Below the pieces are notes generated by a model. The model ran no database searches, had not been told where the DNA came from, and saw only the letters and a list, made by a program, of their open reading frames with translations. From NCBI GenBank assembly GCA_017882745.1, contig JADGOX010000305.1, positions 1 to 53,826 on the forward strand: a stretch of 53,826 nt of DNA, in the 5' to 3' direction. A program made the translations under genes and the position numbers. Below are positions 48,016 to 53,826 of this stretch, in pieces. This DNA is from Mycobacteriaceae bacterium (GTDB taxonomy: Bacteria; Actinomycetota; Actinomycetes; Mycobacteriales; Mycobacteriaceae). How positions within the stretch are numbered: position 1 is the first letter of the stretch; each line of letters starts with the position of its first letter.

Positions 48016-49674
48016 ATGAGAGTCATGGCCCAGATGGCAATGGTGATGAACCTCGACAAGTGCATCGGCTGCCACACCTGCAGCGTCACCTGCAAGCAGG
48101 CGTGGACCAACCGCACCGGCGTCGAGTACATGTGGTGGAACAACGTGGAGACCCGTCCGGGGCAGGGCTATCCACGCACCTACGAGGACCAGGAGCGCTG
48201 GCAGGGTGGGTGGGAGCTGTCCAAGCGCGGCAAGCTGAAGCTCAAGGCCGGCAGCCGCCTGAAGAACCTGCTGTCCATCTTCTCCAGCCCCAAGATGCCC
48301 TCCATCCAGGACTACTACGAGCCGTGGACCTACGACTACGACACCCTGCTGAGCTCACCCCTGCAGGAGCACACCCCGGTCGCGCAGCCGCACTCGCTCA
48401 TCAGCGGCAAACCGATGAAGATCAGCTGGAGCGCCAACTGGGACGACGACCTGGGCGGCTCACCCAAGCTGACCCAGAACGACCCGATCCTGAAGAAGGT
48501 CTCCGAGGAGATCAAGCTCGACTTCGAGAAGACCTTCATGTTCCACCTGCCGCGGATCTGCGAGCACTGCCTCAACCCCTCGTGCGCGGCCTCATGTCCG
48601 TCCGGTGCGATCTACAAGCGCAGTGAGGACGGCATTGTCCTCGTCGACCAGGACAAGTGCCGCGGCTGGCGCAAGTGCGTCACGGGATGCCCGTACAAGA
48701 AGATCTACTTCAACCACAAGACCGGCAAGGCCGAGAAGTGCACCTTCTGCTTCCCGCGCATCGAGGTCGGCATCCCCACCATCTGCGCGGAGACCTGCGT
48801 GGGCCGCCTCCGCTACATCGGGCTCATCCTCTACGACGCCGACAAGGTGCTGGAGGCGGCCTCCGTCGAAGACGACCACGACCTGCTGGAGTCACAGCGG
48901 GCCGTCTTCCTCGACCCCAACGACCCCGAGGTGGTGCGCGCGGCGGAAGCGGCAGGCATCCAACGCGACTGGATCACCGCCGCTCAACGGTCACCCATCT
49001 GGTCGCTGATCAACAAGTACAGGGTGGCCCTGCCGCTGCACCCGGAGTATCGGACCATGCCGATGGTCTGGTACATCCCGCCGCTGTCGCCGGTGGTGGA
49101 CGCGGTGGCCGAGACCGGGGTGGACGCGGAGCAGGTGGACACCTTGTTCGCCGCTATCGAGTCGCTGCGGATCCCGGTCGAGTACCTCGCCGAGCTGTTC
49201 TCCGCAGGTGACCCGGAGCCCGTCGCCGGGGTGCTGCGCAAGCTTGCGGCGATGCGCAGCTACATGCGTGACATCAACCTCGGCAAGGAGCCACAGGAGT
49301 CGATCCCCGCAGCCGTGGGCATGACCGGCGAGGAGATGTACGAGATGTACCGCTTGCTCGCCATCGCCGCCTACGACGAGCGCTACGTCATTCCCCCGGC
49401 ACACGCCGAGACTGCACACAGCCTGGAGGAGCTCGCCACCGAGTGCAGCCTGGACTACGACGGCGGACCGGGCATGGGCGGCTCGGGGCCCTTCGGTGAA
49501 GGCTCCGGCGGACCGGTTGCCTTGGCTGTGGAGAATTTTCACGCACTCAAGCAGCGACAGACCTCCGACAGCATCGCCGATCCCGAAGACAAGAGCAGCC
49601 GCGTCAACCTGCTCAACTGGGACGGAAACGGTCGACCCGACGGCATGTTCCCGACCACCGGGAGCCCGTCATGA
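48016..49674 (+). CDS. narH: Respiratory nitrate reductase beta subunit
   Basis: DKCIGCHTCSVTCK, CEHCLNPSCAASC, CRGWRKCVTGCP, CTFCFP..CAETC. Confidence 0.97.
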   Translation: MRVMAQMAMVMNLDKCIGCHTCSVTCKQAWTNRTGVEYMWWNNVETRPGQGYPRTYEDQERWQGGWELSKRGKLKLKAGSRLKNLLSIFSSPKMPSIQDYYEPWTYDYDTLLSSPLQEHTPVAQPHSLISGKPMKISWSANWDDDLGGSPKLTQNDPILKKVSEEIKLDFEKTFMFHLPRICEHCLNPSCAASCPSGAIYKRSEDGIVLVDQDKCRGWRKCVTGCPYKKIYFNHKTGKAEKCTFCFPRIEVGIPTICAETCVGRLRYIGLILYDADKVLEAASVEDDHDLLESQRAVFLDPNDPEVVRAAEAAGIQRDWITAAQRSPIWSLINKYRVALPLHPEYRTMPMVWYIPPLSPVVDAVAETGVDAEQVDTLFAAIESLRIPVEYLAELFSAGDPEPVAGVLRKLAAMRSYMRDINLGKEPQESIPAAVGMTGEEMYEMYRLLAIAAYDERYVIPPAHAETAHSLEELATECSLDYDGGPGMGGSGPFGEGSGGPVALAVENFHALKQRQTSDSIADPEDKSSRVNLLNWDGNGRPDGMFPTTGSPS

Positions 49675-50303
49675 GCGCGCTGAGCCCGCGGGCAACAGCC
49701 GTGGTCTACCAGGTGGCGTCCCGCACCCTGGACTACCCGGATGAACAGCTGCTGGCGGACATTCCGATGATGCGGGCCGCGCTGCGGGAGGTACCCACCT
49801 CGTTCGCCGCTCCGCTCGGGCGCCTCCTGGACCACATCGCTGCCGCCCCGACCGAGTCGCTGGCCGCGGACTACGTCGCCACTTTCGACCTACGCCGGCG
49901 GTGCTGCCTGTACCTCAGCTACTACGCCTACGGCGACACCCGCAAGCGTGGCGTCGCCCTGCTGGCGTTCAAGCAGTCCTTCCGCCGGGGAAAGGTGGAG
50001 TTGAGCACCAATGAGCTGCCCGACCACCTGTGCGTGGTTCTCGAGTTTGCGGCCACCGCGGACCTCGCCCGGGGCAGGAAGATGCTGCTGGAGCACCGGG
50101 CAGGCCTGGAGATGCTGCGCCTGGCTCTGCAGGACGGCGACTCTCCTTGGGCCGACGGTGTTGCCGCGGTCACCGCCACCCTCCCCGCCTTGCAGGGCGA
50201 GGAACGCCGAGCCGTGGCCCGACTCGCAGCCGAGGGGCCCCCTGGCGAAGAGGTCGGACTCGAACCGTTCGCACCACCAGACGTCATGGGAGCTCACGCA
50301 TGA
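49671..50303 (+). CDS. narJ: Nitrate reductase assembly chaperone
   Basis: LDYPDE, YVATFD, GDTRKRG, ELPDHL. Confidence 0.93.
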   Translation: MSALSPRATAVVYQVASRTLDYPDEQLLADIPMMRAALREVPTSFAAPLGRLLDHIAAAPTESLAADYVATFDLRRRCCLYLSYYAYGDTRKRGVALLAFKQSFRRGKVELSTNELPDHLCVVLEFAATADLARGRKMLLEHRAGLEMLRLALQDGDSPWADGVAAVTATLPALQGEERRAVARLAAEGPPGEEVGLEPFAPPDVMGAHA

Positions 50304-51025
50304 ACGACACCAAGGACATCGTCTTGTGGGTGGTGGTGCCCTACGCCTGCCTGGCGGTGTTTGTCGTCGGCCACTACTGGCGCTACCGCTACGACAAGTT
50401 CGGGTGGACCACCCGCTCCTCCCAGCTGTACGAGCGAAAGCTGCTGCGCATCGGTTCCCCGCTGTTCCACTTCGGCATCCTCGGGGTGTTCCTCGGACAC
50501 GTCGTCGGTCTGGGCATACCGGAGAGCTGGACCGAGGCCGTCGGCGTATCCGAAGGCGTCTACCACTTCCTGGCCGTGAGCATGGGTGCAGTGGCCGGAG
50601 CGGCCGCGGTCATCGGAATGGTGATCCTGATCTACCGCAGGCGCACCGTCGGACCGGTGTTCAGCGCCACCACGCGGATGGACAAGGTGATGTACCTGGC
50701 CCTGTCCACCGTCATCATTCTCGGACTGGTCAACACGGTGATCGCAAACATGTTCGGTGACTACGACTACCGGCTGGGCGTGTCCGTCTGGTTCCGCGGC
50801 ATCTTCGTGCTGCAGCCGCACCCCGAGCTGATGGCCCACGCACCCATTGGTTTCCAGCTGCACGGCGCGGTGGCGATGTTGCTCTTCGCGCTGTGGCCGT
50901 TCACCCGTCTCGTGCACGTGTTCAGTGCACCCGTCGGCTACCTGTGGCGACCGTACGTCGTCTACCGCAGCAAGGACGTGCCCCTGGGTGCGCGGGCTGA
51001 ACGACGAGGCTGGGAGAAGGTGTAA
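50300..51025 (+). CDS. narI: Respiratory nitrate reductase gamma subunit (cytochrome b)
   Basis: WTTRSSQ, LFHFGI..GH, PFTRLVHVFSAP. Confidence 0.95.
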   Translation: MNDTKDIVLWVVVPYACLAVFVVGHYWRYRYDKFGWTTRSSQLYERKLLRIGSPLFHFGILGVFLGHVVGLGIPESWTEAVGVSEGVYHFLAVSMGAVAGAAAVIGMVILIYRRRTVGPVFSATTRMDKVMYLALSTVIILGLVNTVIANMFGDYDYRLGVSVWFRGIFVLQPHPELMAHAPIGFQLHGAVAMLLFALWPFTRLVHVFSAPVGYLWRPYVVYRSKDVPLGARAERRGWEKV

Positions 51026-51034
51026 GAACCACCT

Positions 51035-52201
51035 GTGACCTTTTCAACGCTTGCAGTCATCTCACTGATCGGCCTGCTCGGCCCGATGTTGACGCTTCGC
51101 AAGAGCTGGCCGATACCGATCGTCCTGGGTGAGTTGTTGGCCGGCGTCGTGTTCGGCAATTCAGGGTTCGGTTTCCTGCGCCCGTCCAGCGAGGCATTCA
51201 CCTTCCTTGCCGACATCGGCTTTGTGCTGATCATGTTCGTCGTCGGCACGCACGTGCCGGTGCGGGCTCCACTCATTCGCTCGGCACTGCGGATCGGCGC
51301 AGCGCGAGCCGCGTTGGTGGGGCTGCTGGCCACGGCCGGGGGCATCGGCATCGCCTACGCCACGGACACCGGGCACCCTGCGCTGTTCGCGGTCCTGCTG
51401 GCCTCGTCCTCGGCGGCGTTCGTGCTGCCGCTTCTGGACAGCATCCAACTCAAGGGGACCTCGGCGCTGCAGCTGACCGCTCAGGTCGCCATCGCCGACA
51501 CGGTCTGCATCGTGGCACTACCTCTGGCGATCGACCCGGGGAACGCCGTCCGGGCCAGCTTCGGGGTCCTCGTGGTCGCGGTGTCTGGCGTACTGCTCTT
51601 CCTCCTCCTGCGGGCCATCGATCGTTCGGGCGTCCAACATCGTGTCCACACCACCTCGAAAGAACACAAACTCGCCCTCGAACTCCGGGTGAGCCTCGCC
51701 ATCATCTTCGCCTTGGCCGCACTGGCGACCGCTCTGCACGTGTCGATCATGCTCGCCGGATTCGCAGCCGGGTTGGCGGTGGCGGCGGTCGGCGAACCAC
51801 GACGACTGGCCAAGCAGCTGTTCGCCGTCACCGAGGGCTTCTTCGGCCCGCTGTTCTTCGTGTGGCTGGGTGCGACCATCGACCTGCACGAGCTTTGGCA
51901 GCATCCCCGGTTCATCGTCCTGGGCGTTGCCCTCGGCGTGGGTGCGGTACTGGTCCACAGCCTCATGCGCGTCACCGGCCAGCCCACCCCGTTTGGCGCC
52001 ATCGCGTCAGCACAGCTGGGTCTGCCTGTTGCCGCAGCCACCATCGGGGCGCAGCAACATCTGCTTGCCTCCGGGGAGCCTGCCGCGTTGCTGCTCGGCG
52101 CGCTGATCACCATCGGCGCCGCAACCGTGGGCGGGAGCATCGCCGTCCACCGGGCCCCGGGCCCGGCCCCTCCGGACTACAAGATGGGAGACGGAGCGTA
52201 G
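51035..52201 (+). CDS. Cation:proton antiporter (CPA2-like)
   Basis: GELLAGVVFG, DIGFVLIMF, QVAIAD, GFFGPLFFVWLG; about 12 TM. Confidence 0.82.
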   Translation: MTFSTLAVISLIGLLGPMLTLRKSWPIPIVLGELLAGVVFGNSGFGFLRPSSEAFTFLADIGFVLIMFVVGTHVPVRAPLIRSALRIGAARAALVGLLATAGGIGIAYATDTGHPALFAVLLASSSAAFVLPLLDSIQLKGTSALQLTAQVAIADTVCIVALPLAIDPGNAVRASFGVLVVAVSGVLLFLLLRAIDRSGVQHRVHTTSKEHKLALELRVSLAIIFALAALATALHVSIMLAGFAAGLAVAAVGEPRRLAKQLFAVTEGFFGPLFFVWLGATIDLHELWQHPRFIVLGVALGVGAVLVHSLMRVTGQPTPFGAIASAQLGLPVAAATIGAQQHLLASGEPAALLLGALITIGAATVGGSIAVHRAPGPAPPDYKMGDGA

Positions 52202-53601
52202 GTGGCGCCCTCGGGATAGCGCGCGACCAGCTCCTCCACTGCGGACACCACTGCAGCCACCTGTGCGCCCGCAGCCCCGGTGAATGCTGAGCGGTCGGCC
52301 AGCGCAGCGTCGAGCCCGGCGCGGTCCAGCGGCAGGCGGGACTCGGCGGCCAAGCGGTCGAGCAGGTCATTGTCCGCACCCTGTTCACGCATCGCCAGGG
52401 CCACCGCCACGGCGTGCTCCTTGATGGCCTCATGCGCGGTCTCCCGACCGACCCCGGCCCGCACCGCCGCCATCAGCACCCGGGTGGTGGCAAGGAACGG
52501 CAGGTAGCGGTCGAGCTCGCGGGACACCACCGCCGGATAGGCGCCGAACTCCGCCAGCACGGTCAGGAAGGTCTCGATCAGCCCGTCGATGGCGAAGAAT
52601 CCGTCGGGCAGTGCCACGCGACGCACCACCGAGCAGAACACGTCGCCCTCGTTCCACTGCGCCCCGGCCAGTTCGGCCCCCATGGACGCGTACCCACGCA
52701 GCACCACAGCCAGCCCGTTGACGCGCTCGCAGGAGCGGGTGTTCATCTTGTGCGGCATGGCGGACGAGCCGACCTGCCCGGCCTGAAATCCCTCGGTGAC
52801 CAGCTCGTTTCCGGCCATCAGCCGGATGGTGTGCGCAAGGGAGGACGGCCCGGCGGCCACCTGGACCAGGGCCGAGAGCACCTCGTGGTCCAGCGAGCGC
52901 GGGTACACCTGGCCGACGCTGCGCAGCACGTGCGCGAACCCGAGGTGGCGGGCAACGCGTGACTCCAGCTCGGCCAGCTTGTCTGCATCCCCGTCGAGGA
53001 GGTCCAGCATGTCCTGCGCGGTGCCCATCGGGCCCTTGATGCCGCGCAGCGGGTAGCGGGCGATCAGCTCTTCCAGCCGGGTCAGCGCGATGAGCAGCTC
53101 GTCCGCGGCGGAGGCGAAGCGTTTGCCCAGGGTGGTGGCCTGCGCGGCGACGTTGTGGCTGCGCCCGGCCATGACCAGCTCGGCGTACTCTGCGGCCCGT
53201 TCGGCCAACCGTGCGGCGACGGCCACCCCGTGGGCGTGCACGTGCTGCAGGGAGCGCAGGATCTGGAGCTGCTCCACGTTCTCGGTGAGGTCCCGCGAGG
53301 TCATGCCCTTGTGGATCTGCTCGTGCCCGGCGAGGGCGTTGAACTCCTCGATGCGGGCCTTGACGTCGTGTCGGGTGAGCTGCTCACGCTTGGCGATGGA
53401 ACCCAGATCCACGTCCGCAAGAACCCGCTCGTAGTCGGCGATGGCTTCGGCGGGAACGTCAACGCCAAGCTCGGCCTGCGCACGCAGCACGGCGATCCAC
53501 AGCTGACGTTCCAGCACCACCTTGTGCTCGGGTGACCACAAGACCACCAGCTCGGGGCTGGCGTAGCGGGAAGCGAGGACGTCAGGAATGGTGGCGGTCA
53601 C
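52177..53601 (-). CDS. purB: Adenylosuccinate lyase
   Basis: RHDVKA, HKGMTSRD, GRSHNVAAQ, GSSAMPHKMN. Confidence 0.96.
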   Translation of the reverse strand: MTATIPDVLASRYASPELVVLWSPEHKVVLERQLWIAVLRAQAELGVDVPAEAIADYERVLADVDLGSIAKREQLTRHDVKARIEEFNALAGHEQIHKGMTSRDLTENVEQLQILRSLQHVHAHGVAVAARLAERAAEYAELVMAGRSHNVAAQATTLGKRFASAADELLIALTRLEELIARYPLRGIKGPMGTAQDMLDLLDGDADKLAELESRVARHLGFAHVLRSVGQVYPRSLDHEVLSALVQVAAGPSSLAHTIRLMAGNELVTEGFQAGQVGSSAMPHKMNTRSCERVNGLAVVLRGYASMGAELAGAQWNEGDVFCSVVRRVALPDGFFAIDGLIETFLTVLAEFGAYPAVVSRELDRYLPFLATTRVLMAAVRAGVGRETAHEAIKEHAVAVALAMREQGADNDLLDRLAAESRLPLDRAGLDAALADRSAFTGAAGAQVAAVVSAVEELVARYPEGATYAPSPIL

Positions 53602-53682
53602 GGGTCGTCAGCCTAGCGGTGACGCCACGCCGCCGAACGCCGTAACTTGCATCCCACCCAACATCACGGTTGTGTAACAGTC

Positions 53683-53826
53683 GTGATCAACAGCCATCCG
53701 ATCGATCTGCGTTCCGACACCGTCACCACACCGGACCAGCACATGCGGGCGGTGATGGCCGGCGCGGCGGTCGGCGACGACGTCCTTGACCGCGACCCGA
53801 CCATGCGCGCGCTCGAGGAACGGGTC
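53683..53826 (+). CDS. ltaE: Low-specificity L-threonine aldolase, 5' fragment
   Basis: Not in the ORF track: [17 protein letters not shown]...[28 protein letters not shown], runs off the window. Confidence 0.85.
   Translation, partial: MINSHPIDLRSDTVTTPDQHMRAVMAGAAVGDDVLDRDPTMRALEERV

Noticed and set aside
53641-53682. GTAAC-containing segments as possible GlnR boxes before threonine aldolase
   Set aside because: Spacing and second half-sites fit the consensus poorly

Overview
High-GC actinobacterial chromosome window (Mycobacteriales-like). Its core gene order is collinear with the M. tuberculosis desA1-dusB-LCP-phoU-pst-mshD-glnR-lmeA-thiX-cysA2-sseC-Rv0813c-pabC-ygfZ-DUF3073-purM-purF...purL/purQ/purS...purC...purB region. 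Accessory blocks sit between the pur genes: an OYE oxidoreductase; a TetR-controlled pair of acyl-CoA dehydrogenases; an orphan type-VII-secretion-like substrate pair (YxxxD small protein plus WXG-like/alpha-beta hydrolase) divergent from a MDMPI-like protein whose metal ligands appear lost; LigC + Prim-PolC; an SCP2-hydrolase fusion; and MFS + narK-narGHJI + a cation/H+ antiporter. Most of what is interesting lies below the ORF-track cutoff: a leaderless Cys leader peptide whose Cys-Cys codons can pair with the downstream SD, a leaderless 5-codon minigene coupled to an SCP gene, two unannotated small proteins, a candidate SD-occluding pseudoknot in the DUF3073 leader, tandem palindromic operators at desA1, PHO-box-like repeats, and many leaderless starts. 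No rRNA, tRNA, CRISPR or IS/integrase was seen. All calls come from motif recognition and recalled synteny; no database searches were run.
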